This document shows, piece by piece, positions 12,191 to 24,450 of a DNA stretch of 64,000 nucleotides (position 1 is its first letter; the number at the start of each line of letters is the position of its first letter). The notes below the pieces were generated by a model that saw only the letters and a program-made list of their open reading frames with translations, ran no database searches and had not been told where the DNA came from. This DNA comes from Sminthopsis crassicaudata (lineage: Eukaryota), in assembly GCF_048593235.1 (NCBI RefSeq), contig NC_133618.1, positions 149,509,162-149,573,161 on the forward strand, read 5' to 3'. Both the position numbers and the translations under genes were made by a program.

Positions 12191-13169
12191 CCCTTCTTGT
12201 AAGTAGTTTGCTGTAGGTTAGCAGATAGTGTGCATCTTCTTATGGAGAAGAAGAGAAGGAAGGAGGAGAAAAATTCATGATATAATAGAATAAATACTGG
12301 CCCTGGAGCTAGAAGAACTGGTTCCAAGTCCTGGCTTTGGCACTTTGCAGCTACCCTTCTGAGACTTCAGCTTTTTCATCTGTAATATGAGAGAATGGAT
12401 TAGATCATCTCTGAACTTCCTTTCAACTTTAATAGTCCATGATTCTAGCTAGAATCTGGGATGTGATATAAACCTTCCCTGGATGAATACATCATAAACA
12501 GCATAATTATCATGTTGATATTGGGTATTTTTCAGTTGAATATTTCACTGCAGTTCATCCTAAAACCTGTATGACCTCAGTCATGGGCAAAGGGGTATCA
12601 GATACAAATATCCTTCTCAAAGTTATTCTGTAGCCTTCTCTCTTCATCACATTGGTAGAAGGGGAAAGAAGGGAATAAGCAATTAAATAACACCTACTAT
12701 ATGTTTTCACAAATATTATTTTATCTGATCCTCATAAAGATCCTGCAGATAGGTACTTTTATTATCCCCATTTTACAGCGAGGGAAACTGAGGCAGATAA
12801 ATGTATGTGACTTGCTAAGATCACACTAGGCAGCACTGCACTATCTTGATGTGATAAGTGGTTTCTGAGTATAAGAAAGCCATACTCTCTTATTTTCTTC
12901 ATTTTTTTAAGGATTGTGATATAGACTTTTTTTTTGACATTCCCCCCTCCCAAATTCCCTTCTTCCTCACCTGTCAAAAGAACTCTTATATCATAAAGAA
13001 AAACAGTAAAACAAAAGCATAACAACATAATAGTCACATCTGAAAGTACATGTGACATTCTGAATCTGCAGTCTTTTACTTGTCTGTCCAAGGAAGAAAA
13101 GAACTAAATTATCTGTTCTCTAGAACCAATATTGGTCATTGCCTATAACCTGAGGTTAATTGTCTTTTT

Positions 13170-13310
13170 TTTCCCCCCTGAGGCTGGGGTTAAGTGACTT
13201 GCCCAGGGTCACACAGCTAGGAAGTGTTAAGTGTCTGAGACCACATTTGAACTCGGGTCTTCCTGAATTCAGGGCTGGTGCTCTATCCACTGCACCACCT
13301 AGCTGCCCCT
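13170..13310 (-). mobile_element. Full-length young WSINE1 with 16-bp TSD
   Basis: Reverse complement reads GGGGCAGCTAGGTGGTGCAGTGGATAGAGCACCAGCCCTGAATTCAGG...AACCCCAGCCTCAG-A tail. Perfect TSD GGTTAATTGTCTTTTT at 13154-13169 and 13311-13326, at an L1-endonuclease TT|AAAA site. Confidence 0.9.
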
Positions 13311-15094
13311 GGTTAATTGTCTTTTTAACATTTTCATTTGCACTATTATAGCCATTGTTGGTGATTGTCTTAATTTTAAAAAAAGACACTTTAAAACTTT
13401 TAAAAATTGAAATCCTCCCTAAGGCTGTTTTCCCCCTACTGAAGTCTTGCCTGTACTTGGGTCCCATGATCCCCAAATAGCAGAACCGATTTCTCTACCT
13501 GGTCTGCATTAGCAGATGGCACTTTCTGATAAGGGAGTTTAGCACTCTGAATATTAATAATGATGAGGTCCCGGTGAACTCCCCATTCAACCCCCGTGGG
13601 AGCCAGGCAGAGTACAAATCCATCATCAACACAAGCCCCTGAGAACTGACATTATAGGGAATGAATTTTTCCCTTCACTGGGTTTTTGCGTTTTCCTCTT
13701 CATTTTCCTTTTAAAACGTTGGAGCATATCATATCAAATGAGCCTTCTTTCCCTTGAGCACTATTGAAATCTTTTACATTCTCTGGATAGTGGTTCCTTT
13801 AGGTTTGTCTTTATTAATTTATTTATTTACTCACTTTGGGGGGTGGGATGGAAGTGATCTGGAAGGAAGAAAGTTTTATATGAAAAGCTTTGGCTAAAAT
13901 TTGAGATTGGGCAGAGAAGGTAAATGAATCTATAAAGCCTTTGGCCAACACTTTTTTTTAATTGACCATTTTGTTGGCCTGCTACAAATAATTAATAATA
14001 ATAACAGGCACACATGGTATACATTATTTAGATACAGCTGTAATGCTTGCATTCTGGCCTATGCAGACTTTCCAAAGGCAGGGCTCAGCCAGAAATCTCA
14101 AGCCCTCTTTCTAAGGGTATATCAGATGTTTATGAGGAGCTGACCCAGTGTTCTCTCCCACACCATACCAGGTCTGCACTGTCAAGTCAGGACTTTTGGT
14201 GGTAGTGTTGTTGCTGTTTCCAGTTGAAAGGAATATTCCATGGGACTATTTTTTAAATTGATTTTTATTTTAAAATTGTAACCCGTTTAAAATCACACCT
14301 CCAGCTGAGAAGTACTTGTTGACTTGATAAAACAATGTCTTCCTCTGGAGATTTCTTTGAAAAAGATTCAGCCTGTCCATTTCTGTTTCTAAAAAGGTCT
14401 TGCATATGTTAAAAGTTTCCCTGTGCAAACATGTGTCAGTGAATGTTTTCTTAGGCTCCAGGACTGTGTTTCTTGGCCAGAGGGAAAGTGTAGCCTCTAT
14501 ACTTTTAGAATTTGAAATCTGAGATAATCTTGGTGTGATCAATAGCATGTTAGTTTAGTTCAGCCAGATCTTCAATATGGTCAATCCCAGTTAAATTGAG
14601 AGGGATTAGCTCATCATGCTTAGGAATCAGTCAGTTTTCCCTGGACCCCCTACCCCAACCCAAATCCTGCAGCAGGAACATGATATTTCTTTCTAGGCAC
14701 AAGGTCCAGTTAGCTCATGTTTCAGTAGTCACCTAGGTGGCTGGACTGTGACAGAATACAAAGAGAAGGGGATAAAACAGGAGAATACTTAAGATTGAGG
14801 ATTTGCTCTTGTCCTGATGTCAGAGTGCAAGATTAGAAGGCAAAGAGATCTTACAAAAGGACCATCAAAGGGGATGCCCTCTTTTTATCTGGGTACCAAT
14901 TGCCTTAACCTCAATTCCAACTCTAACTTCTCTTCTCAATTAACTTCAGTATCTCCCTTTTGCCCCTAGGATAAATCCTATTCAACCTGATCTCAACCTA
15001 CCTGTCCAGCTTTTGGGGTCATAATTTATCCCTAGCACTTTGACATTCACACATCTTGGCCTTCTTTGTTCATCACATACAACATTCCATCTTT

Positions 15095-15229
15095 TTAAAA
15101 AATTTATTATAGCTTTTTATTAACAAAACATATGCATGGGTAATTTTTTAACATTGACCCTTGCAAAAACTTCTGTTCCAACTTTTCCTCTCCTTTTCTT
15201 CCCTAGATGGCAGGTAGTCCCATGAATAG
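15095..15229 (-). mobile_element. Short 5'-truncated L1 3'UTR with TSD
   Basis: aatttattatagctttttattaacaaaacatatgcatgggtaatttt...ccctagatggcagg. Flanked by AACATTCCAT at 15081-15090 and 15230-15239. Confidence 0.8.
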
Positions 15230-15239
15230 AACATTCCAT

Positions 15240-15530
15240 TTTTACCGTTCTACTGGTCAACCCCCCTGCCTAGAATATACTCCCTTCTTTCCACCACCTC
15301 ATGAAAACCCTCTCTTTCTTCACTATCCAGCTCAAGCATTATCTTTCACATGAAGCCTTCCTGATCTTCTAATTGCTAGTTCCTTCTTTCCCAAATTACT
15401 TTGTCTTTAGCTCCTTTTTATTTCTTCTCCTTAAATTCATTGTTATATATTCTTTTTGCCTCCCCCATTAGAATATGAGCTTTTGAGTAGAGATTATTTC
15501 TTGTCATTTGTATCCCTAATGTCTTGCATT
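15240..15530 (+). mobile_element. L2 3' fragment
   Basis: ccagctcaagcattatctttcacatgaagccttcctgatc...cccccattagaatatgagctttttgag. Confidence 0.7.
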
Positions 15531-15535
15531 TATGC

Positions 15536-15782
15536 TTGGTGCATTTTGTGTGGTCATTTCAGCCACTCCTGACTCTTTATGACCTTATTTGGACTTTTAT
15601 TGGCAAAGATACTGAAGTGGTTTGCCATTTCCTACTCCAGCTCATTTTACAGATGAGGAAACTGAGGCAAAAAGGGTTAAATGCCTTGCCCAGGACCACA
15701 CAGCTAGTAAGTGTCTGAGGTTGGATTTGAATTCAGGTCTCTCTGATTCTAGATCTGGTGCCCTATGCTGTGCCACTGGCAC
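15536..15782 (-). mobile_element. Mar1-type SINE
   Basis: cattcagccactcctgactctttatgacc...ggcaaagatactgaagtggtttgccatttcc...gaaactgaggcaaa. Confidence 0.85.
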
Positions 15783-17043
15783 ATGGTAGGTACTTAACAA
15801 ATATTTGTTCATTGATTGATTGTGACTAAATAAGGTTCCTTTTAGACTGCTATGAATTTGACTCAGGCCAGTTCAACACTTAGTGAGCACCCACTATGAA
15901 CAAAGTCCTGGGACTATGATAGCAAAACAAATTGCACACTGAAAGCAAGAAGCTTCTATTCTGTGGATTTGGGAGAAATGCAATATTCATAAATATATAA
16001 AATATAATTTTCCCAAAATTGTATTTTATATATTTATCTGTATGAATAAGAGAGGATGGAAGCTTTAGAGAAAAAAAATCCAGTAGCACATTCAAGATTC
16101 TTACCTTGAATTGAACGAGATTCTTTTACAAGTGTTTCTACTTAAAAACTTGTATATTAAGCTTTTTTTTTTCCTGAACCATTTATTGTTATTTTAATTG
16201 GTCAAGAAAACTGAGAAGCAGGTTATGAAACATTCATCCAAAAGCAAATAAAGTGTCTCTTTTCATAAAGATGGAAAGTGTACGTTCCAAGGTTTTAGAC
16301 AGTGGGGAGTGAGTAATGTTGTCTAGTAGTTTTATTCTTCATTTAACCAAGAGGGAATCTTGGATAGTCTGGGGAAGCATTGGTCTTTGATTAGATGGCT
16401 GAGTGTTTCCAATTATAGAGACCCCAGGTCATAAAGGAGGCAGCTATGACCCTAAGTGGTGGGGTGGGGTTAGGCAGGAGACAATAAGGAAGAGCACAAG
16501 GAGGCAAGGGACCATACATGGAATAAGAACAGACCAGGGATGTGGCTGCTACTCAGTAAACAACCCCTAGTCACTGGGGAGTTTCTCCTTCTCTGACCTT
16601 TCTGGTATGGTTAGGAATGTGGGAAATATGTGAAAAGAAAAGATAACTTATACAGTGACTTTTAGAGACCATATTGTTTTGTTTTTTTAAATCTGCTTAC
16701 CTTGATGTGAAAATGAAAATTAAGGAACTGAATTTAGTCATTCCTAACACAATCTAATGAATATCATTATTATAATAAGCTCATCTGGGTTGCAAAGCAT
16801 GAACTTAGTCCCCAGGATATTTCTAACCTCAGTTATCTTCATACTGAAAAAGTGATGGAAGAAGTGGGAGTAACTTCACCCTTATTATTGACTTCAAATA
16901 TGAAAACTCGTGAAAACTGTTTGAAAAGCTTAATTAGGATGAATTTTTCTGATTGTTCTATTATGATTTTAAAAATGCTTCTCACCTATTTCAGGATTTG
17001 AACTATCAAAGGAGCAGCGTTAGAGGTCAAAAGAACTTTAGTT

Positions 17044-17236
17044 CAAAGCTTCTTAAACTATGGGTCTTGACCCCATGTGGGATCACATAACTAAATGTGG
17101 GGGTTAGGAAATCATGATTTATTATCAGTAAATGTTTGATTGTTATACCTGTTTTATATACTCATGTACCTGGGGGTCATGAAAAAATTTCTCAAGTGAA
17201 AAGGAGTTACAAATGGAAAAAGTTTAAGAAGTCCTG
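17044..17236. mobile_element. hAT MITE (marsupial family)
   Basis: Terminal inverted repeats caaagcttcttaaact / agtttaagaagtcctg (13/16 match). A related partial copy lies at ~28115-28215. Confidence 0.7.
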
Positions 17237-17361
17237 ATCTTGCTCAACCCTTTCATTTTATGGATGGGGAAAGTGAGGCTTATCAAAATTAAATGATTTT
17301 CCTAACTTCATACATTGTAAATAGTAAAGGCAGAATTTGAATCCAGGCTTACTGATTCCTT

Positions 17362-17430
17362 TATTTTTTTATTTTTTATTTTTTTTTTGCTGAGGCAATT
17401 GTGGTGTTAAGTGACTTGCCCAGGGTCACA
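17362..17430 (-). mobile_element. 5'-truncated WSINE1 3' end with T-rich tail
   Basis: (T)-tail, then gctgaggcaattgtggtgttaagtgacttgcccagggtcacaca. Inserted into a MIR at ~17240-17360 that resumes at ~17948. Confidence 0.75.
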
Positions 17431-17442
17431 CAACTGATTCTT

Positions 17443-17932
17443 TTTTTTCTCTCTTTTTACATTTTTAAAATTAATTTTATAATTATAACTTTTTTTTGAC
17501 AGTACATATGCATGGGTAATTTTTTACAGCATTATCTCTTGCACTCACTTCTATTCCGAATTTTCCCTCCTTCCCTCCACCCCTTCCCCTAGATGGCAGG
17601 CAATCCCATACATGTTAAATATGTCATAGTATATCCTAGGTACAATATATGTGTGCAGAACCGAATTTCTTGTTGCACAGGAAGAATTGGATTCAGAGGG
17701 TGAAAATAACCAGGGAAGAAAAACAAAAAAATGCAAACAGTTTACACTCATTTCCCTGTGTTCCCTCTCTGGGTGTAGCTGATTCTGTCCATCATTGATC
17801 AACTGGAACTGAATTAGATCTTCTCTATGTCGAAGATATCCACTTCCATCAGAATACATCCTCATACAACATTGTTGTTGAAGTATATAATGATCTCCTG
17901 GTTCTGCTCATTTCACTCAGCATCAGTTCATG
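17443..17932 (-). mobile_element. 5'-truncated dasyurid-type L1 (ORF2 end + 3'UTR) with 15-bp TSD
   Basis: Minus-strand translation MLSEMSRTRRSLYTSTTMLYEDVF is the ORF2 C-terminus. TSD ACACAACTGATTCTT at 17428-17442 and 17933-17947. Confidence 0.9.
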
Positions 17933-18194
17933 ACACAACTGATTCTTAATAAATTCTTTTTTCACCATACCAAATTGCCCTTGGGGGAATGAAATGATAT
18001 TTGAAGTATTATATAAGGATAGCAATTGGCTTTGCAAGTTGTGGGAATGAGCAAGGTAGTACTATACTATAATAGTAGATCTTAATCACTGGATTGTTGC
18101 TCTTTAAGGCAAGAAGACACTGATATTTAGATCATCCAGTTTTTGCCTAAGCTACCAGATAATTGATAATCCTTCCTCTGATTTATCAAAAAAG

Positions 18195-18375
18195 GTAGCA
18201 TTGCACAGTGGATAGGGCATTGGACTTAATGTTAGTAAGACTTGGGACACTCACAAGGCTGTATGATCTTTGACAGGTATTTCACTTTTCTGTTGCCTCA
18301 GGTTCTCCATTTATAAAATAATGAGGTTGGATTTGATGGCCTTTAAGGTCCCTCTAAGCTTTAAATTCATGATCC
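18195..18375 (+). mobile_element. MIR/MIR3-type SINE
   Basis: gcacagtggatagggcattggac...cctcaggttctccatttataaaataatgaggttggatttgatggcctttaaggtccctctaagctttaaattcatgatcc. Confidence 0.75.
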
Positions 18376-18519
18376 TAGGACCTCTTCAATTCATACTCCA
18401 CATCATTGCCTGAATTATCTATGATTGTGTTAACTTCATGACTCAAAAATTTTCAGTCATTCAAGGCTTTCCAAAATTTCATTCCTATCTTGTTTCATAC
18501 CACATTTCCTCTTGTAGTC

Positions 18520-18670
18520 CAGTGGTGTCAAACTTGACTCTGAAAACCATATATTAATGCTTTCTGTGTTTTATTGTTCTTTTATTTATTTTGTTAAATA
18601 TTTCCATTTATTTTTCAATTTGCTTCTGGCATTGGGGTCTACAATGCTACTTTAGAGTTTGACATTTATG
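18520..18670. mobile_element. hAT MITE with perfect 8-bp TSD
   Basis: TIRs cagtggtgtcaaac / gtttgacatttatg. TSD TTGTAGTC at 18512-18519 and 18671-18678. Confidence 0.85.
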
Positions 18671-18699
18671 TTGTAGTCTTCCTGCAAGCCAAACTGATC

Positions 18700-19095
18700 T
18701 ATCCCTTCTTCCTTATTTCTGTTCTGAACTCCAGGCCATTGCTTATACTGATCCCATTTGCTGAAATGGATTTCCCCTCTCTTCCCTCTATGGAAGTTCT
18801 TCCTTTACTTCAAGGCTAAATTCAAAGGCCATCTCCTTCAAGAAGTCTTCCATGCCCATCCCCCAGATGAAAGTCATCTTTCTGTCCTAAATAACTCGGA
18901 GTGCTGTACTTTTTCTTCATTTGGCACATCTCACTTTTCCCTGTATCCTAATAATTTGTGTACTTGTCCTTTTTTCCCTTAGATTTTTAAGCTCCCTGAA
19001 GTCAGGGGCTGTTTCAGTTTGATCTTTGTGTGCTTGGTGCCTAACAGCATATAGTACGAGATATTTCTTCCTTGGTTGCTTGAATTGAAATTGAA
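18700..19095 (+). mobile_element. L2 3' fragment ending ~40 nt before the ACOXL acceptor at 19137
   Basis: cttcaaggctaaattcaaaggccatctccttcaagaagtc...aagctccctgaagtcaggggctg...ttgaattgaaattgaat. Confidence 0.75.
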
Positions 19096-19137
19096 TAAAG
19101 GGAAAAAAGTAAACCTTTATCTTACATTTCTGTGTAG

Positions 19138-19252
19138 GAATTTATCATTGACACCCCTTGTGAAAATGCTGAAAAGATGTATATTGGGAATGCAATGGAA
19201 GGTCATTATGCTGCTGTCTTTGCCCAGCTCATCATAAATGGAAGATCTCAAG
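19138..19252 (+). CDS. ACOXL: ACOXL coding exon (approx. exon 6), 115 nt, phase 0-1
   Basis: gtag|GAA...CAAG|gtttgt. Translates [38 protein letters not shown](G). Confidence 0.96.
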
Positions 19253-19794
19253 GTTTGTGTTGTTACCCCAATTCAAAAGCAGCTTACATTTGTTCAGGGT
19301 TTCCAAAGTGTAGTTTTAAGCTTTAATAGCTCAAAAACTATTAATGTGCTTTATTACTTGTATTACTGCTTCCTGATAATGCCTTTCACAGACATTATTT
19401 CATTTGATCTCCAAATCAAAATGTTCCTTGTAACATCAAAAGTATGGCAGTAAATGAACATTTAGTAATCACCTTCTGTGTACCAGATGCTGGGCTAAGC
19501 TCTGGGCACAAAGCACAAATTTCATTCTCCTCCATGTTACATATGAACAATCAGGTTTAGAAGATGGAGAATATTTAGATAAAGAGACTTGGTCAAGTTC
19601 CCAAACAGGAGTGAGTAGTATGGCCAGGGACTAAAAATCTGCTGTCCCGATTCCAAATTCCATGTTCTTCCCCCCTGCCATATGCTTCCTTACTGAAATT
19701 ATTCTATCAGAATGTTGAGGTTTTTGTGTCTGCCTAGCAAATGTATTAAGCAGCCTTAAAAATACGCTTCAAAATCCTCATCTACTCTTCAGTC

Positions 19795-20015
19795 TAGGCG
19801 GGTAGGTGGTGTGGTTGATAAAATGCGAACCTCAGGGCTAGAAGACTAGAATTCAAATTCGAATTCAGACCCTTCTTAACCATGGGACTTTGCCTCCCTT
19901 GGTTTCTTCATTTGAAAAAAGGGGGAAAACGATAGCACCTATCTCCTATAGTTATTGTGAAGATTAAATGAGATATTTTTAAAGCACATTACCAATTTTA
20001 AAATGCTATACTTTC
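19795..20015 (+). mobile_element. MIR-type SINE
   Basis: ggtaggtggtgtggttgataaa...gaattcaaattcgaattcagac...gttattgtgaagattaaatgagata...aaatgctata. Confidence 0.75.
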
Positions 20016-20073
20016 TGTCCTAAAATTGTTGACAAGCAGTATAATTTATTTTTGTTTTTAAGTTATGTGTGTT

Positions 20074-20271
20074 CAGTTGCTTTTAAGATTGCAGACCTTT
20101 TGACAGTCTAGTAAAAATCTTCTCAGAATGATATTTTAAAAGCATAATAAAATACAGATGATTATAAAGGAAAATAATGATATTGAAATAGTTATAAAAA
20201 TAAAAAAGTCAAGTTTTATGGAACCCCTAAAATCTACTATGAACCTATGGATCCTGGATTAAAAACCTCTG
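20074..20271. mobile_element. hAT-Charlie (Charlie4z-like) MITE
   Basis: ttgacagtctagtaaaaatcttctcagaatgatattttaaaagcataataaaatac...attataaaggaaataatgatattgaaatag...ggattaaaaacctctg. Related copy at ~36560-36745. Confidence 0.6.
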
Positions 20272-20446
20272 TTATAGACTTTATTTTGACCTCCCATCAG
20301 CTCAGTCATACAGCTGAGTGAATTTAGGAATCTGCTAATGATTCTGTGAATGTCATGCAAATCTCCAGTAATGGATGTGGCTTCATATTTTTTTTCCTTT
20401 AGAAGTATAGATTTCAGGAATCTCTCCATTTCTCTGACCTCTTTAG

Positions 20447-20533
20447 GTCCCCATTGCTTTATTGTTCCCGTGAGAGATGAAAATGGAAGTTTGTATCCTG
20501 GAGTGACAGCGATTGATATGCTACACAAAGAAG
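20447..20533 (+). CDS. ACOXL: ACOXL coding exon (approx. exon 7), 87 nt, phase 1-1
   Basis: ttag|GT...GAAG|gtgagt. Translates (G)[28 protein letters not shown](G). Confidence 0.97.
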
Positions 20534-21641
20534 GTGAGTCTTCAAGCATTCCCCTCCCTCTGTACACATAGCTCCTGGGGACTTCTCTTCCCAGCCCTGA
20601 AGAAGAAAACAAAAATAAAATCGTCAGTCATCCAATAGAAATGGCTAAATTCAAAACAATAACATTCATGAAATCTTGTATAGATTTTGTGCAGAGTAGG
20701 TTTTTAATAAATGTTTGTTGATCAAGTTTTTCATTAACTTACTCTCCAAGTAAATCAAGTCAATAGGCATTTATTGGGCACATGTAAATAGAAAAAGAAA
20801 GACAATGTCTATCCTCCAGAATCTCACATTTTAATAGAGGAAGGCCATATATAAAAGGAAGCTGAAAAAGAGTGGTGGAATTCTTTATAAGAATTGTAGA
20901 AAATCCCCATCCTTACCCATGTTGCTGACTGTTTTTGGTCATCCTTGCACCTAAGACATTTCTTAGTACAAAGGGGTAAATGTATTTTTGCCCAATTAAC
21001 TGTGTACATAATCCCTTGAAAATTATAAACTCCTCTGGTGCTAAAAAAATTTTCACACACTCTTCATGTTCCTTGCAGACCCAGCACAGTACTGTGTGTA
21101 GAATAGACACTGAAAAATTGCTTTTAAAATTTTCATTGTTGTTTTTTGTTTTTATGTTACTTAATTTATATTTCCCAAAGTATCTCTCTTTCCATCCTCT
21201 CCCTTTTAAGAAAAAACCACCCTAGTTCAGCAAAACTATATTGAAAAAAATGTGACATTAAATTTAGCATTCTATACTCACAGTCCCCCACCACTGCAAA
21301 AAAGTGGTAAGGGTCGGGAAGGTGATTTCTATCTCTCCTTTTGGGTTAAGTGTGGTCATAGCATTTGTTTTATAAGTGAATACTTGTTGAATGAGATTCA
21401 GCAAGGTTCACAGGCCCTCTTGCTTGCCATTGGCAGATCTTAGTCATGGGCAAGGGAAAGGAAAAAGAAAGTAAGAAGAAAGTAAAAGATTAGTAATATT
21501 AATTTAAGATTTGCCTAGCACTTTTCTTAAATCAGTTCACTTTATCCTCAAAACATCTCCTTGAGGTAAAGGCTCCAGGTACTATTTTTATAGAGAGAGC
21601 TTGGTATATCTAATGTTAAATGTTCAATTGTTTTGAGTTAT

Positions 21642-21835
21642 ATCTGACTCTTTGTGACCTTGTTTGTAATTTTCTTGGCAAAGATACTGGAGTAGTTCGC
21701 TATATCCTTCTCTGGCTCATTTTACATATGAGGAAACTGAGGCAAACAAAGTTGAGTGACTTATGCAGGGTCACGTAGCTGGATTTTGAACTTAGGTTAA
21801 GATGGGCACTGTATTCACTGTAATATCTACCTGTC
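21642..21835 (-). mobile_element. Mar1-type SINE
   Basis: tctgactctttgtgacc...ttcttggcaaagatactggagtagttcgc...gaggaaactgaggcaaac. Confidence 0.8.
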
Positions 21836-22331
21836 CTTAACTAATAAGAATGCTAATGGGGAGTCAGGAAAACCTTCTTCTGACACTGTCTTAGTTGTGT
21901 GGGCCTAAGCAAGGCAGTGGACCTCTCTGAACTTCATTCAGTATCTTCATCTCTCATCTGTGAAGTGAAAGTGTTAAATTAGATAACCTACAAGTTCTTT
22001 CCAAGCTTTAAATCTATGGTCTTGTGATTCTTATTTTATAAATGAGGAAACTAAGATGGAAAAATCAATGGACTTGTAAGGGATGATGCAGCGAGTGTCA
22101 GAGGCCAGGACTGAGTCAGATCATCATGATCCCTAAGTCTGACCCTCCCTTTATTATATCACAAGAAATAGACACTAGAAGGAGAAAGGTTGAGTTTCAC
22201 CCATTTCCTTAGGGACCACTAAATCTATCCCTATGCAGTATGAATGAAGTTGGGTACTTAGGAGGGCTCCTTCTTACTGGATACCCTAGTCCACTTCAGC
22301 TGATATGTACTATATATGTGTGGAAGATTTA

Positions 22332-22375
<44 letters not shown>
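22332..22375. repeat. (TATC)11 microsatellite
   Basis: Perfect tetranucleotide run read directly. Confidence 0.98.
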
Positions 22376-22378
<3 letters not shown>

Positions 22379-23454
22379 ATCTCTATATAGCTATATCTCT
22401 ATATATGTATCCCCCTTAAGTGCCCAAATTACTACCTCAGATTGTGATGGAAATGTCAGGGAACTCTGGTAACTGCTGTAAATATATCAGACTTTGTATA
22501 GAGGCAGAGGCTTAGGTCCAGGTCCAGCGGAGGACTGCCAAATGAGATTGTAAAAGCTCCAGAAAGTCTGGTCTCATTTCTTCTCCACCACCAAATGAAG
22601 ATCTATTCAATAGTGTCCCTTGCCGAATATAGAAAGATACCTTTCCAGCTTCAACTTCTAGCTTAAGCTTGCAAAAACAGACAACTTGGCTCCAAGCTGA
22701 GCAAGGAACTGTATTATAGACATAAGTAAAACCTTAGTGGGGGGCTGGTGACGGCCCTTCATGAGTCACTCAGAGATGTACTTTGTAGATTTTGGCAGCC
22801 CCTCTGCTAAATTAGGTAAGCTCAAGTTAGATATTCGGGAGCTTGGGCTACCTGCAGCTATTTTTGCAGTTGCTGAGGTTGCCTCCTTTCCTAGGCAGCT
22901 GCCTTCAGCTCAGCCAGGTGTACTGAAGACTGGGGTGGGGGGAGCAGGGGGATGCATTTGTGGAGAGGGAAGAGAAATTTGAGTTACACTATTGTGGAAG
23001 AGCCCAAATTGACTTTCCTGGGGCTTATATATGCATCCTTGTATTCTTTCATTCAACTAGAACTTAAATTGACTCTCCTTTTCTTGACTATTGCTAACTG
23101 CTCATGCAGATAAGGTCCTTCCCCCCCACCCTCACCCCCTATCCTCCAATTCTCTCCCCCTTTCCCTTTCCTTCTCCCTCGAGCATGTTAGATCTGAGGC
23201 AGAACAAGCTTTTTTCCTGGCCTGTCAGGGAGCTGCCCAGCTGTGCTAAAGGAAACAAACACAGCTCTGGTAAATAATCTAACTCAGGGAAAAATGTCTC
23301 TGGAAGTAATACAGACATCCTTGGTTAAGCGCACTGTGTATTTGGAGTCGATCTTGGCACGTGGGAAGTAGGAGAAGCAGATTTGCTGATTAGAACTTGG
23401 ATTTTTCTTTATGCTCCTCGGGTTCATTTGGTTGTATTTCTCTTTGCTCTGTAG

Positions 23455-23527
23455 GTTTACATGGTGTGGATAATGGGATTTTAATATTTGACAAGGTTCG
23501 AATTCCAAGGGAGAACCTACTGGATAA
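23455..23527 (+). CDS. ACOXL: ACOXL coding exon (approx. exon 8), 73 nt, phase 1-2
   Basis: gtag|GT...GATAA|gtgagt. Translates (G)[23 protein letters not shown](K), the conserved ACOX G..GVDNG...[10 protein letters not shown] motif. Confidence 0.97.
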
Positions 23528-24239
23528 GTGAGTAACCCTTCTCCACCTCGTTAATTTTCACTGTTCATGTAAAGTGATTGTTCCCCCAAAGTAGACTCAG
23601 ATGCCATTTGGTCCCAAAGAGGCTTTTGACTTTTGTGTCTGGTTCATTCGTGGGATTATAAGATCACAGAACCAAAGCTGGAAGGAACTTCAGGGAACAT
23701 TATTCATTGCCACTTCTCCAAATCTCCCTCCCCCCTCCAGCCCAAGTAATCAAAACAATACTACCATTGATTCTAGAAAGAGCACATCATTCCATTGTCC
23801 CATTCCCTATTCCTGGTCACCACTTCCTCTATTAGAATATAATCTTCTTGAGGTCAGGGACTGACTTTTTTTGTTTGATTTTTCTTTCTTTTTTTTTTTT
23901 AACTTGTTTTTATTTATTTTAATAAAAATAAATATTTTATTAAGTCTCATTTAAGTTCTTAATAAATATTGATTCATTCAACTATTCTCCCAGACTGATA
24001 TTTTTGTGATAGTAAATTAGACAATCATTTGTCTCATTTGTCTTCCTTAGCCCTAAGTCATTTCAAATGGAAGTTAAGAACCCCCCTCAAGATGTTATTG
24101 TTCTTCTTTGAGAACTAAGGACCACCACCATTCATCTAGTTCATCCCCTTTATCTTTCCAGATGAAGAGCCCAGGGCTGGGGGATGAAGGGGAATTGTGG
24201 GGCATGAGGGAATGTCCAAGGTCACACAGGTAGTAATAA

Positions 24240-24450
24240 TCATTAGTGGCCAATAAGCCTACTGAGTGCCAGGCACTTTATAAATATAATCTTCATTTGA
24301 TCCTCATAACAACCATGGGAGGTAGGTGTTATTATTATGCCCATTTTACAATTGAAGAAATTAAGACAGAAGTTTGTGAATCTCAGACTAGATTCGAACT
24401 CAGGATTTCCTGGTCCCAGACCCAAGGTTATGTTATCAGTTTGCCTCAAT
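24240..24450 (-). mobile_element. Mar3/MIR_Mars-type SINE
   Basis: gtgccaggcactt...tcatttgatcctcataacaaccatgggaggtaggtgttattattatgcccattttaca...ttcgaactcagg. Confidence 0.75.
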
